Assembly: GCA_039972775.1 (NCBI GenBank)
Contig: JBDWMF010000011.1
Coordinates: 102,851 to 166,850 of the forward strand
Source: Erythrobacter sp.
GTDB taxonomy: Bacteria; Pseudomonadota; Alphaproteobacteria; Sphingomonadales; Sphingomonadaceae
Reading direction: 5' to 3'
Length of the DNA stretch: 64,000 nucleotides
This document shows positions 26,795-36,734 of this stretch, in pieces. Under the pieces are notes generated by a model, which saw only the letters and a program-made list of their open reading frames with translations, was not told the origin of the DNA and searched no databases. The stretch's first letter is position 1; every line of letters begins with the position of its first letter. Position numbers and translations under genes: made by a program.

Positions 26795-27087
26795 AACGGA
26801 TACCCCTGGTTCCATTGGTGATCGAACTTACGCTCTTAAAACGGCGAGAATCGCATGCGCGTTTTCTACCCTTTCCGTTAGGCGCGATGACGTCTTCACA
26901 GAAGGGAGGATTGTGACAAAATCGCGAAAGTTCACCGCACATTTACAGTGAAAGCGTGCGTGGCCTGCTTGTCCACAGGTACAAAATGCTGGATTCCCTA
27001 GGGCAAACCTAGTGCTGTTGCCGCATCGCAACATAAATCAGCTTTTTGGGGACAGGGCATTCTCGCCCCAGCCGCGACTCGGCGACC

Positions 27088-28017
27088 TCATGCCAAATTG
27101 ATCTCGCGCAGTCGCTGAAGCAGAAATTCATGACTTGAGATCGGTTCTGGCGCGTCCGATTCGCGCCCCTTTTCAATGCAACTCGGCAAAGTCTCAATCA
27201 CATAATCAGGCCGGAAATGCAGAAAGAAAGGCATGGAGAAACGCGACCTTTTCGCAGCATCGCCCGCCGGATTGACCACGCGGTGCGTTGTCGACTTCAA
27301 ACGACCATTGGTCAGCCGGTCCAGCATATCGCCAATATTTACGACCAGCGCGCCTTCTTGCGCTGGAATGGGCAGCCATGTGCCATCAGCCTTGAGCAGC
27401 TCCAGGCCGGCTTCCTCAGCCCCCAATAATAGCGTGATCGTATTGATGTCGCCATGTGCTGCTGCGCGAATAGCTCCGGATGGCACATCGTCACCCAAAG
27501 GCGGATAATGCAGCAGGCGCATCACCGAATTGCCATTGTCGACCGTGTTGGCAAAGAAATGCTGGTCGAGCCCCAAATGCAGCGCAATCGCCTCTAGCAC
27601 TTTTAAACCAGCTTCATCGAAAGCGGCATAAAGTTCGCTGAACACAGCTTCAAACTCAGCCACTTCAGCGGGCCAAATATTGGGTGCCATATACTCAGCG
27701 AGAGCATGGCCCGAAGGCAATTCACGGCCAACATGCCAAAACTCTTTCAAATCGTGGACATCGGCATCTTTCGCTTTTTCCGTGCCGAAAGACGTATATC
27801 CGCGTGCGCCGCCGCTACCCTCTAATTTGTAGGATAGTTTTGTGTCCGTAGGCAGCGCAAAAAACGCCTTGGAGGCTTCTTCTGCACGATCAATTAAATC
27901 TTGCTGGATGCCGTGATCGCGGATGACCGCAAAGCCATATTCGGCAAAGCTAGCGCCCAACGCATCGGCAATGTTTCCAAGCGGCTGGTCGATCGAAACG
28001 GAGGCGATGTCAGTCAT
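27088..28017 (-). CDS. 2-oxoglutarate/Fe(II)-dependent oxygenase (isopenicillin-N-synthase family)
   Basis: 309 aa. ...LLHYPPL...AAAHGDINTITLL...TNGRLKSTTHRVVNP contains the H-x-D...H facial triad and the RxS-type motif. Confidence 0.85.
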   Translation of the reverse strand: MTDIASVSIDQPLGNIADALGASFAEYGFAVIRDHGIQQDLIDRAEEASKAFFALPTDTKLSYKLEGSGGARGYTSFGTEKAKDADVHDLKEFWHVGRELPSGHALAEYMAPNIWPAEVAEFEAVFSELYAAFDEAGLKVLEAIALHLGLDQHFFANTVDNGNSVMRLLHYPPLGDDVPSGAIRAAAHGDINTITLLLGAEEAGLELLKADGTWLPIPAQEGALVVNIGDMLDRLTNGRLKSTTHRVVNPAGDAAKRSRFSMPFFLHFRPDYVIETLPSCIEKGRESDAPEPISSHEFLLQRLREINLA

Positions 28018-28028
28018 AGGTTAGCTCG

Positions 28029-29282
28029 TTAATAGGGAAGGAAAAGCCCGGCCAGCGCCGCGCTCATCAAATTGGCAAGGCTGCCTGCTGCCAGCGCTTT
28101 CAGGCCCAGCTTGGCGATGACAGGCCGCTGATTGGGGGCAAGCCCGCCAGTGACCGCCATTTGGATCGCAATCGAACTGAAATTGGCAAAGCCGCACAAG
28201 GCAAAAGTCATGATTGCGCGGCTGCGCGTGGTGAGCCCTTCTATTGCGCCAAGTTCGATAAAGGCGACAAATTCATTGAGAACGATTTTGGTGCCGAACA
28301 ATCCGCCCGCCAGTTTCGCCTGCTCCCAATCACCGATACCGATCAGATACATGACCGGTGCAAAAACATAGCCAAGGATTTGCTGGAACGAGATATCGCC
28401 ATAGCCAAACCAGCCGCCAACGCCGCTCAATAGACCATTGGCCAGCGCCACCAGCGCGACAAATACCATCACCATTGCGCCAACCGCCACGGCCAGCTTC
28501 ACGCCGGTTTGCGTGCCTTGGGCAGCAGCCTCGATCACATTGGCAGGCTTGTGGCCTTCTTCAAACGTTTCAGAGACCGTGACGTTTTCCATCTTTTTGT
28601 CATGCTTTGCGGCCTCTTCTGGATCATCGGGCATGATAATCTTGGCCATCAAAATGCCGCCCGGTGCCGACATAAAGGCTGCCGCCAGCAGATAAGGCAC
28701 AGCATCATCCCCGAGGAATGCAGCGTAAGCGGCAAGGATCGTGCCTGCGACGCCTGCCATGCCGACGCACATTAAAGTGAACAGGCGCGATGGCGGCAAT
28801 GATGCCAGATAAGGGCGCACAACCAGCGGACTTTCCGATTGGCCGACGAAGATATTGGCCGCTGCGCCCAAGGCTTCAACCTTGCTAATGCCGGTAATCC
28901 AGCCGATCGCGCCGCCCAGCCAGCGCACCAGCAATTGCATGATGCCCCAATGATAAAGGATCGCCACAAGGGCTGCGAAAAACACAATCACCGGCAGCGC
29001 TGCGATAAGGAATGTTTGCGCGAAAGGATTGCTATCCATCGGCCCGAACAAAGTCTCAATCCCGGCAAGCGAATAGCTGAGCAGAGCGATTACGCCATCG
29101 GAAAGAAATTCGATAACCCCCACGCCGAAACTGGTCCGCAAAACCAGCAGAGCCATCAACACTTGCAAGGCAAAGGCCGCGCCAACCACGCGTAACTTGA
29201 TCTGCTTTTTCCGATTGGACAGCAGGAACGCGATGGCAAGGATCGCGAGAATTCCAGCAAGACTGGTAACAAATGGCGGCAT
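28029..29282 (-). CDS. NupC/CNT-family nucleoside transporter
   Basis: I chose the start at MPPFVTSLAGIL (29282). It is polytopic, and ...GQSESPLVVRPYL... and ...ALCGFANFSSIAIQ... are typical of concentrative nucleoside transporters. Confidence 0.85.
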   Translation of the reverse strand: MPPFVTSLAGILAILAIAFLLSNRKKQIKLRVVGAAFALQVLMALLVLRTSFGVGVIEFLSDGVIALLSYSLAGIETLFGPMDSNPFAQTFLIAALPVIVFFAALVAILYHWGIMQLLVRWLGGAIGWITGISKVEALGAAANIFVGQSESPLVVRPYLASLPPSRLFTLMCVGMAGVAGTILAAYAAFLGDDAVPYLLAAAFMSAPGGILMAKIIMPDDPEEAAKHDKKMENVTVSETFEEGHKPANVIEAAAQGTQTGVKLAVAVGAMVMVFVALVALANGLLSGVGGWFGYGDISFQQILGYVFAPVMYLIGIGDWEQAKLAGGLFGTKIVLNEFVAFIELGAIEGLTTRSRAIMTFALCGFANFSSIAIQMAVTGGLAPNQRPVIAKLGLKALAAGSLANLMSAALAGLFLPY

Positions 29283-29448
29283 ATATCCCTCTGGCAAATC
29301 AAAATAACGCTCAGACGGAATCGTCCAGCCTAGCGAGTAAGCTGTGGGGTCTCGCCTTTTGATGCGCAACAGTCAAATTCCCACAGGCTTTTGCAACCGA
29401 AGCTTAGCTACGCTTTTCTTTTGATGCGGTCCGCCATAGGTTTGTCTC

Positions 29449-30135
29449 ATGAGTTCAACATCACCCAACTTCACTCCTGAACCTCAACCCAACATGCCAT
29501 TGGGCCTGTTCGTATATCTGATGCTCTACGGCGGAATGACGGTGCTGGCCGGAGTGCTCGCTTACAAACAAGTACAATTACCGCCTACCGATCTTGCCGT
29601 GGAATCGGGCATTTTCGCGTTTCTAATTTTGGTGGTGATTTCCAGCACAGTCTCGCAGCTTTACGGGCAAAAGCTCGCGACGCGCATAGTATGGCTGGGT
29701 TTTATCCCATTGCTAATCGCAAGCGCGCTGATGCAATTGGTGTTGAACTTGCCAGCCTCAACAGAAATGCTGGAATTTCGCGCCGATGACCTCGCTGCAT
29801 TTGAGCGGGTGCACAATACAGTATGGCGGGTTTGGGCGGCAGGCCCAGCTGCCTATATTGTATCGCTGCTGCTCAACATTTGGATTTTTTCCAAGCTGAA
29901 AGGCAGCGGGGAAAGCGGCACATTAGGATTGATGATCCGCGGCGCAATAGCCTCTGCACTCAGTCAAGCGGTGGACTCGGTCATATTCATCACGCTGGCG
30001 TTCTATGGCGAATTTGAAATTACGAACCTGCTGATCGGCCAAGTTTTGGCAAAGGTCGCACTCAGCTTTGTCCTCGTGCCGTTTCTGATCACTGGCGGGG
30101 TGAAGCTCGCGCAATGGCTTGATGCGCGCGAATAG
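29449..30135 (+). CDS. yhhQ: queuosine-precursor transporter (YhhQ/DUF165 family)
   Basis: 228 aa with six transmembrane segments. ...SQAVDSVIFITLAFYGEF... is characteristic of YhhQ. Confidence 0.75.
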   Translation: MSSTSPNFTPEPQPNMPLGLFVYLMLYGGMTVLAGVLAYKQVQLPPTDLAVESGIFAFLILVVISSTVSQLYGQKLATRIVWLGFIPLLIASALMQLVLNLPASTEMLEFRADDLAAFERVHNTVWRVWAAGPAAYIVSLLLNIWIFSKLKGSGESGTLGLMIRGAIASALSQAVDSVIFITLAFYGEFEITNLLIGQVLAKVALSFVLVPFLITGGVKLAQWLDARE

Positions 30136-32067
30136 TTAAATCGCAAACACAGCATAGCTGGCAGGTTTCAACGCACGGACGCCGATAGTCGGATCACCTT
30201 TGATCGAGGCTGGAACGACACGTGTTTCGGCCGAATAGTTGAACACATAAATATGTGTGCTTGTCCGGCGGATCCGCATGCCTTCTGGCAGTTCATAGTT
30301 GTCTAGCCCTGCATCGCTGACAGCCAGCGCAATCACTTCATCCAGCACAGCGCCGGACGGCCACGTTGCCAAATAGCGCGTCCTACCGTGCTTAAAGGAT
30401 GCAGGAGTTCCGTCTTTCGCAACCAATTCTGCTTCTGCCGCGCCCTCAACATGGTCCAGCCAATGCGCTATTTCCCAGCCTTCGGCGGCGTGGGTCACAT
30501 TGGGGCTAAGGCTCTCTGATCGCGTGACCTTAATGCCAAGCAATGCTTCAAGCGGCCCGGGTGCTAAATTATCCGGCATCGCAAAGTCTGTGTCTCGCGA
30601 GCCTGTGCGAGGGCAAACGACGATCTGCCCCGCAAATTGCTCCAACCTCGTCGCACATTCCGCACTGACGATTGGCAGGCAGGGCAGAACCACAAGCGTG
30701 TAGGGATCAAGCGAAGCGCCCGGTTTCACAATGTCCACATTGAGGCCCAATTTGCGCAAAGCAGTGTAGCAATCAAAAACCGCCCAAAACGCAGAACGCC
30801 CTTCACCCTGCGACTGAATTTGCGTCATCCACTCTGCATTAAAGGCAAAGATTATCGCCACATCACGAGAAGTTTGTTCTGGCGCGCCGATCTTCTCGAT
30901 CTGTTTTGAGACACCCTTAACTTCTGCCAAAGCGGGTGCATCAGCGCCGTCAGCGCGCAACAACCCTGCGTGCATTTGCTCCTGAGCTTTTGGATTTTGC
31001 CGCCAGCGAAAATAGCTGACGAGTTCTGCCCCATGCGCCTTTGCCTCCATTGTCCATAGCGCGACCATACCGTCCAAAGGCGCTGGATTGTGCCGCGCCC
31101 AATTCACCGGGCCCGGCTGTTGTTCCAGAACCGACCAACGTTCTCTTGCTGTGGTTCCGCGATAAAGATCATGATGGAATGCTGCGATATCAGGATGCCC
31201 TTGGCGAGCATATTTGCGCTTCTCATCAGGCGTGAAACGGAACATTTCGAGGAAGCCGAGCGGGTAACTGTCCCAGCCCATCACATCCAAATCTGCGCCC
31301 AGATCATGCGCATCAAATCCGGTGTAAAAACCCATCGCGTTGTGGGTAATATCGCGATCCGGAGAAAGCTCCCGCAGAATTTCAACCTGCGCGCGATTGA
31401 ACGCAATCACTTGATCAGAAGAGAAGCGGCGAAACGCCAGCCAAAGCGCAGGGTTCGCCTCCGTTACCGTCAGATTGGGCAGCTCAATCTCGGCAAAGTC
31501 GCGGTATTCCATTGACCAGAATACATTACCCCAAGCGGTGTTGAGAGCATCCACATCGCCGTACCGCTGTTCCAACCAAGCCCGAAACGCATCGTGCGCA
31601 GCAGGCGAAAAGCTCTGCACCGTATCATGGCAACCATATTCATTATCGGTCTGCCACGCAGTCACTGCTGAATGCTGTCCATACCTCAGTGCAACCTCTC
31701 GGGTGATCCGCTTCGCATGCTCCAAATAGCCAACATGGCTAAAGCAATAATGCCGCCGCGAACCGAAACCGCGCTGATTCCCATGCCGGTCCACCGCAAA
31801 CATATCGGGCATTTTGTCACACAGCCATTTGGGCGGTGTGGCTGTCGGCGTTCCCATGATAATCTGAAGGTCTGCTGCATGCAGCACCTCAACCGCATCA
31901 TCGAGCCATTGCCAGTCAAAGACGCCTGGTTCCGGCTCAATCCTGCTCCAAGCAAATTCGCCGATCCTGACTACAGACAACCCTGCATCGACCATCCGGC
32001 GCGCGTCATCCGCCCACTGATCTTGCGGCCAATGTTCCGGATAATAGCAGCAGCCCAATTTCATCAT
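30136..32067 (-). CDS. GH42-family beta-galactosidase
   Basis: The N-terminus LGCCYYPEHWPQDQWADDARRMVDAGLSVVRIGEFAWSRIEP is typical of GH42. The length of 643 aa fits the family. Confidence 0.9.
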   Translation of the reverse strand: MMKLGCCYYPEHWPQDQWADDARRMVDAGLSVVRIGEFAWSRIEPEPGVFDWQWLDDAVEVLHAADLQIIMGTPTATPPKWLCDKMPDMFAVDRHGNQRGFGSRRHYCFSHVGYLEHAKRITREVALRYGQHSAVTAWQTDNEYGCHDTVQSFSPAAHDAFRAWLEQRYGDVDALNTAWGNVFWSMEYRDFAEIELPNLTVTEANPALWLAFRRFSSDQVIAFNRAQVEILRELSPDRDITHNAMGFYTGFDAHDLGADLDVMGWDSYPLGFLEMFRFTPDEKRKYARQGHPDIAAFHHDLYRGTTARERWSVLEQQPGPVNWARHNPAPLDGMVALWTMEAKAHGAELVSYFRWRQNPKAQEQMHAGLLRADGADAPALAEVKGVSKQIEKIGAPEQTSRDVAIIFAFNAEWMTQIQSQGEGRSAFWAVFDCYTALRKLGLNVDIVKPGASLDPYTLVVLPCLPIVSAECATRLEQFAGQIVVCPRTGSRDTDFAMPDNLAPGPLEALLGIKVTRSESLSPNVTHAAEGWEIAHWLDHVEGAAEAELVAKDGTPASFKHGRTRYLATWPSGAVLDEVIALAVSDAGLDNYELPEGMRIRRTSTHIYVFNYSAETRVVPASIKGDPTIGVRALKPASYAVFAI

Positions 32068-32296
32068 TTTTCACCCATCGCGCCATGTGACGTCCGGGTC
32101 AAATCATCAGCGTCACCTCGGCATTTATGGTTAATCAAATGCAAGCACGAGCCTGACCGTATTTTAACCCTCTTCACCTATACGAACACGCTTGGAAAGT
32201 CGGCCGATCCCATTTGGATGCGCCGCCTAGCCAAGGGGTAATTCAAATATATGCGGCATGTAGGCTGGAGGGCCTCCACACCGCTGGAGCAGACAC

Positions 32297-33676
32297 ATGG
32301 AACTTAATCGGCGGAAATTTCTCGCCTCTGGAACAGCGGCAGTCGGATTGGCTGGAATGTCGGCTGGATGCAGCACCGCAGGCTTTGGCCACAAATCATC
32401 ATATTTGACGCAAGTGCTCGCGCCGCAGAACCAAAATACCGTTTTCCATTGGGTCGATGTTGTGCTTCAACAAACGCGTGACCAGCGTGTCCCGCCGCCG
32501 CGCGCAGCCTATAACTACGCTGGGCCCATGCTTGCCGGCTTCCTAGCCGCAAACGCCATTTCACAGCGTTATCACGAGCCATATGGCCTCGGCGCAGCGC
32601 CAGCTGGAGCTGATCCAGAAGTCGCTTACGGCGTCGCTTTCGCGACCGTCGCTGCGCAATGTTTTGGCCAACCATTTATCTTGGAGCGCCGCGAATTTAA
32701 GAACCGCTTTGCCGATAGCGAGGCAAAGTCACTTGGCGTAGAATGGGGCCGCAAAGTTGGCATGTATGTCAACAAAATGCGCACACGCGATGGCGCGCAA
32801 CCGAGCCAAATTAACTACTATCACGGGCGTTATCCGCGCCGCAAAGATGCGCTCAATTGGAACCCAACCGGCGCGACCTACGGCGACAGTCTGGGGCCGC
32901 GGGTCGGTCATTATGATCGCGGGCTTTTCCCGGGCCTAGGCAAGGTAAAGCCTTGGACAATGACGCATTCGGAGCAGTTTCAGCCAGGAGAGTTTTACGA
33001 TCCTGCCAGCCCCGAATTTGCCAAGCAATATGAATATGTTCGCAAGATCGGCTGCGCGGAAAGCGCGATGCGTACCGAGGACGAAGCAGAGATAGCTGTA
33101 TTTTGGGAAGATGGCCCGTGGGGCATCACTCCGCCCGGACACTTTCTCTATATCGCTGTTCAAGTGATGCAGGGACGCGGAATGGACTTCCTAGACACTG
33201 CGCGCGCATTTGCCTTGCTTGGCATGACGCAAGGTGATGCGGCGATCAACGCGTGGAACTGCAAATATCAATACGATATTCTGCGTCCAGAAACTGCAAT
33301 CCGTTACCGCGCTGGTGAATTTGGCAATGCGGGCGTGACGCAGGAAAAGGGTTGGAAAAGCTATATCCCCACCCCCAATTTCCCAGCCTACACATCGGGC
33401 CATTCAACCTTTGGCGCAGCAGGCGCTGAGCTAACCGCTTTGTTGATCGGCACGGACAAAGTTACATTCGATCACACATCGCCTGACCTCAATGGCTTCC
33501 CCCAATTAGAGGGGCGCCGGCGCCGCTGGACCTCGCTTAGCGAAGCAGCTGAAGAAAACGGTATGAGCAGGCTTTATGGCGGAGTGCATTGGGAAATAGA
33601 CCACACCGCAGCAATGGATGCGGGCCGCTCAATCGCACGCCAAGCGTTCCAGCGCTGGTTCCAGCGGAGGGTTTAG
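32297..33676 (+). CDS. Tat-secreted PAP2-superfamily / vanadium-dependent haloperoxidase-like protein
   Basis: It has a twin-arginine signal, NRRKFLASGTAAV. The PAP2 motifs are KYQYDILRP (K-x6-RP), TSGHS and SRLYGGVHWEID (SR-x5-H-x3-D). Confidence 0.75.
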   Translation: MELNRRKFLASGTAAVGLAGMSAGCSTAGFGHKSSYLTQVLAPQNQNTVFHWVDVVLQQTRDQRVPPPRAAYNYAGPMLAGFLAANAISQRYHEPYGLGAAPAGADPEVAYGVAFATVAAQCFGQPFILERREFKNRFADSEAKSLGVEWGRKVGMYVNKMRTRDGAQPSQINYYHGRYPRRKDALNWNPTGATYGDSLGPRVGHYDRGLFPGLGKVKPWTMTHSEQFQPGEFYDPASPEFAKQYEYVRKIGCAESAMRTEDEAEIAVFWEDGPWGITPPGHFLYIAVQVMQGRGMDFLDTARAFALLGMTQGDAAINAWNCKYQYDILRPETAIRYRAGEFGNAGVTQEKGWKSYIPTPNFPAYTSGHSTFGAAGAELTALLIGTDKVTFDHTSPDLNGFPQLEGRRRRWTSLSEAAEENGMSRLYGGVHWEIDHTAAMDAGRSIARQAFQRWFQRRV

Positions 33677-33678
33677 TC

Positions 33679-34716
33679 ATGAGCATTAGAACCATCCGTT
33701 ATGCGCTCGCCGCGAGTGCTAGCTTTGCCGCAATAGCTGGCGCGGCCCCAACTTTGGCACAAGATGTCGCGATCAGTAGCGAACGCCTTGCAAATCTTGA
33801 GGAGCCACTGGCAACAGAAGTTGGTCCGATCACGGTTGAATTTGCCGGATTAATTGATGCCCGCGTCGACTATGATTTCGAAGATGAGGATGGCGGGGAT
33901 GATGCATTAAACCCCGGCATCATCGGTAATTTCGAATTTAATGCCTCAACCCAATTGGGCAATCGCTGGAACGTCGGCGTTGCCTACTTTGGCCAATATG
34001 AGCGCGATGAAATGCTAGGCGGCGATGGCGATTATACCGACCGTATCGCTGGCTTCGTCCAAGGCACTTATGGCACAGCTTTTGGCGGTGAAGTAATGGA
34101 CATTGTGCGCGAAGAAACTCGCCGTGTTCGCGGCGTTGGCAATGCCAATCTCGCTTTTGATGACGCCCTTGGCGCAGCAAAAGGATGGGGCGGCGGCTAT
34201 GTCGGCCAGTTCGGCCCGTCGCGGCTTAGCGCGATCGTGGATGAGGATGGCAATTACGACCTCGGCTTCATGTATCAGCGCCCTGACGGCGCAAATGGAT
34301 ATCGTTACGGCATGCGTTTCACCGATGCGACATATACAGCGCCTGATGGCCTGACAGAGTTTGAATCGAACGCGCTAATGGGCACGTTTGAATATCTCTA
34401 TTCGCGCAGCATTTACAATCTTGGCGGCGGCGTGGAATCATTGGAAGCTGGCCCGACGGTGGCAAAGCGTTGGTTCGTATCAGGCGGATGGCAGCGTCAA
34501 TGGGGCGCGGTCACAACCTCGCTTGAAGGTCACTATGGCGAGATTGAAGGGCAAGCGGAAAAATCCGCAGCATTCGGCCTCGATTATGGTTTTGCCCGCG
34601 GACTTTCGCTTAACCTGGGCGTGAACCATTCCGATGCACAAGTCGTTGTCGATGGCATCACCATCCTTGACGAGAAAGAAACCACAGCGACAACCTCGTT
34701 ACGTTTTGGTTTCTAG
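33679..34716 (+). CDS. outer-membrane beta-barrel (porin-like) protein
   Basis: I chose the start at MSIRTIRYALAASASFAAIAGAAPTLAQ (ATG 33679), which begins a signal peptide. The protein is acidic and Gly/Tyr-rich and ends in SLRFGF. Confidence 0.55.
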   Translation: MSIRTIRYALAASASFAAIAGAAPTLAQDVAISSERLANLEEPLATEVGPITVEFAGLIDARVDYDFEDEDGGDDALNPGIIGNFEFNASTQLGNRWNVGVAYFGQYERDEMLGGDGDYTDRIAGFVQGTYGTAFGGEVMDIVREETRRVRGVGNANLAFDDALGAAKGWGGGYVGQFGPSRLSAIVDEDGNYDLGFMYQRPDGANGYRYGMRFTDATYTAPDGLTEFESNALMGTFEYLYSRSIYNLGGGVESLEAGPTVAKRWFVSGGWQRQWGAVTTSLEGHYGEIEGQAEKSAAFGLDYGFARGLSLNLGVNHSDAQVVVDGITILDEKETTATTSLRFGF

Positions 34717-34770
34717 CTTGTCTCTCCTGCTCCCATCATTAGGGTGCCCAGTGAGATCGGAGAGACCATC

Positions 34771-35406
34771 ATGACCATCACATTTTACGACACATCGACC
34801 GCACCCAGCCCGCGTCGCGCACGTATCATTCTCGCTGAGAAGAACGTTCCGCATGAAGTCGTGCAGATCGACATGATGACAAATGAGCAGCTCTCTCCCG
34901 AGTATCGCAAGATAAATCCAGGCAGCACGATCCCTGCGCTAAAACTAGACGACGGCACCGTGCTCACTGACAATGCCGGTATCGCCGCATATCTAGAGGT
35001 GGAATATCCTGATCCGCCACTACTCGGAACGACTGCTCTGGAAAAAGCGGAGGTCGCGACATGGCAATTTCGGATCGAAAATGGCCTTGGCATGGCTGTC
35101 GCCAGCGCATTTCGAAACGTCCATCCCGCGATGAAGGGACGCGCCCTTCCCGGCCCGCATGACTACGAACAAATTCCGGAATTGGCAGAGCGCGGACTTG
35201 CGCAAATTGAACATTTTTTGACCAGTTTTGACCAACATATGTCGGGACGCGCCTTTATTGCTGGCGAACGCTTTAGTGTGGCGGATGTAACTGCGATCTG
35301 CTTTTTAGACTTCATGCGGGTTACCGGCCGCAAGCTGGATGACAGCCAACCGAATATTCTTGCCTATCGGAAACGCATGGGAGAGCGACCGTCGGTGAAT
35401 TTGTAA
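34771..35406 (+). CDS. glutathione S-transferase
   Basis: I chose the start at MTITFYD (34771). It has a thioredoxin-like N-terminal domain, ...SPRRARIILAEK...INPGSTIPAL, followed by a helical C-terminal domain. Confidence 0.85.
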   Translation: MTITFYDTSTAPSPRRARIILAEKNVPHEVVQIDMMTNEQLSPEYRKINPGSTIPALKLDDGTVLTDNAGIAAYLEVEYPDPPLLGTTALEKAEVATWQFRIENGLGMAVASAFRNVHPAMKGRALPGPHDYEQIPELAERGLAQIEHFLTSFDQHMSGRAFIAGERFSVADVTAICFLDFMRVTGRKLDDSQPNILAYRKRMGERPSVNL

Positions 35407-35419
35407 GAGTAGAAGGTTT

Positions 35420-36727
35420 CTAATCCTGCTCTAACGCCCCGCGCCGTCGCATGATGTCTTTGCTGCGCGCTTCAACAATGCGGAATGCTTTGAAAACGGG
35501 AAAACTAGCATCGGTGCGCCCTTCACGGCCAAGCATCCAGAGCTGCTGGTAAAACCAATAGATCCCAGCAAATCCATCAATCGCTTTGACTGTTTTCAAC
35601 CCTTTTAGGAAGCCTAACCAATCGGGGATCAATCCCAAGCTAGCTTCGTATTTAGGCAGGCTATCCCGCCCATCCATCAACTGCTTCGGAGCATCAGTAA
35701 GCACACACAATGGCCGCCCCAATCCGATTACATCGGCAGCACCAGTTTCCAACGCTTGCTCCATTGCAGCCCGCGTGCGGAAACCGCCTGTAACCATCAG
35801 CGGGACAGAAACATGGTCCTGCATCGCCTTGGCAAAGTCGACGAAATACGCCTCGCGCGCAGCGGTGGATGCTGCGACGTCTTGCGTTTCTTCCTCTTCC
35901 ATGCCAGCCACGCCAAGCAGTTTGGGCTGTTCATAACTACCGCCAGAGATTTCAATCAGATCAACCGATGCAGCCTCAAGCCATTTGACGACTTGCAAAC
36001 TGTCTTCAAAAGCAAATCCGCCTTTTTGGAAATCGGCGCTGTTCAACTTAACGCAAATCGGGAATTCTGGCCCTACAGCGGCGCGAACCGCTGCGACAAT
36101 TTCAAGCAAGAACCGCGCGCGATTTTCTAAACTGCCGCCATATTCATCGGTCCGCAAATTGACCCGCGGAGAGAGGAACTGAGAGATTAAATAGCCATGT
36201 GCACCGTGGATTTGCACGCCGGTGAACCCGGCATCTTGGCACGCTTTTGACGCCATCGCCCACCGCTGAACAAGATCGGCAATCTCCTCTTTAGAGAGCG
36301 GGGATGGCTTACCAAATTGTCCGCCCGGCAGTGCCAATTGCACATCGGATGAAGACTTGGGATTTTTGTTGACGAGCTTTTGCGTCTGCCTTCCGCCATG
36401 GCTGATCTGCGCCCAAAAATGATTGCCATTGCGTGTCGCAGCTTTGGCCCAGCGCGCCAAACGATCTGCCATATCGGCATCAGGCTTAGTCTCAATCACG
36501 ACATTGCCTGGCCGTTCAAGATGATCTTTGTCGATGATGATATTGCCGGAAAGTAGCATGCCCGAACCGCCGTCGGACCAAATACCATAAAGCCGTTCAA
36601 GTTCCGGCGTAGGGCGTCCATCGGGCGTCGCCAGACCTTCGGTCATCGCCGCTTTACTGATCCGATTGGGCAGGACCGCGCCGCATGGTAGAGTAAGGCT
36701 TTGTTGAAGTGCGTTTGTCATTTCCAT
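35420..36727 (-). CDS. NADH:flavin oxidoreductase (Old Yellow Enzyme / 2,4-dienoyl-CoA-reductase-like)
   Basis: I chose the start at MEMTNAL (36727). LPNRISKAAMTEGL..., ...GFTGVQIHGAHGYLISQFLSP and ...GADVIGLGRPL are OYE TIM-barrel hallmarks. Confidence 0.85.
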   Translation of the reverse strand: MEMTNALQQSLTLPCGAVLPNRISKAAMTEGLATPDGRPTPELERLYGIWSDGGSGMLLSGNIIIDKDHLERPGNVVIETKPDADMADRLARWAKAATRNGNHFWAQISHGGRQTQKLVNKNPKSSSDVQLALPGGQFGKPSPLSKEEIADLVQRWAMASKACQDAGFTGVQIHGAHGYLISQFLSPRVNLRTDEYGGSLENRARFLLEIVAAVRAAVGPEFPICVKLNSADFQKGGFAFEDSLQVVKWLEAASVDLIEISGGSYEQPKLLGVAGMEEEETQDVAASTAAREAYFVDFAKAMQDHVSVPLMVTGGFRTRAAMEQALETGAADVIGLGRPLCVLTDAPKQLMDGRDSLPKYEASLGLIPDWLGFLKGLKTVKAIDGFAGIYWFYQQLWMLGREGRTDASFPVFKAFRIVEARSKDIMRRRGALEQD

Positions 36728-36734
36728 CTGATCC

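Noticed and set aside
26795-27087. A cobalamin or other riboswitch upstream of the Oar-like TonB-dependent receptor gene
   Set aside because: No B12-box-like sequence or conserved riboswitch core is recognisable by eye on the minus strand.
29370-29448. A possible preQ1 riboswitch upstream of the YhhQ-type queuosine-precursor transporter. The sequence contains CTTAGCTAC, which recalls the B. subtilis preQ1 aptamer loop.
   Set aside because: There is no P1 hairpin and no A-rich tail (AAAAAACUA-type). Downstream the sequence is T-rich instead, and the match is only a short string in a non-conserved loop.
33589-33678. The upstream extension of the porin-like ORF (33589 start)
   Set aside because: It overlaps the 3' end of the PAP2-like gene. 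A proper signal peptide starts at the ATG at 33679.
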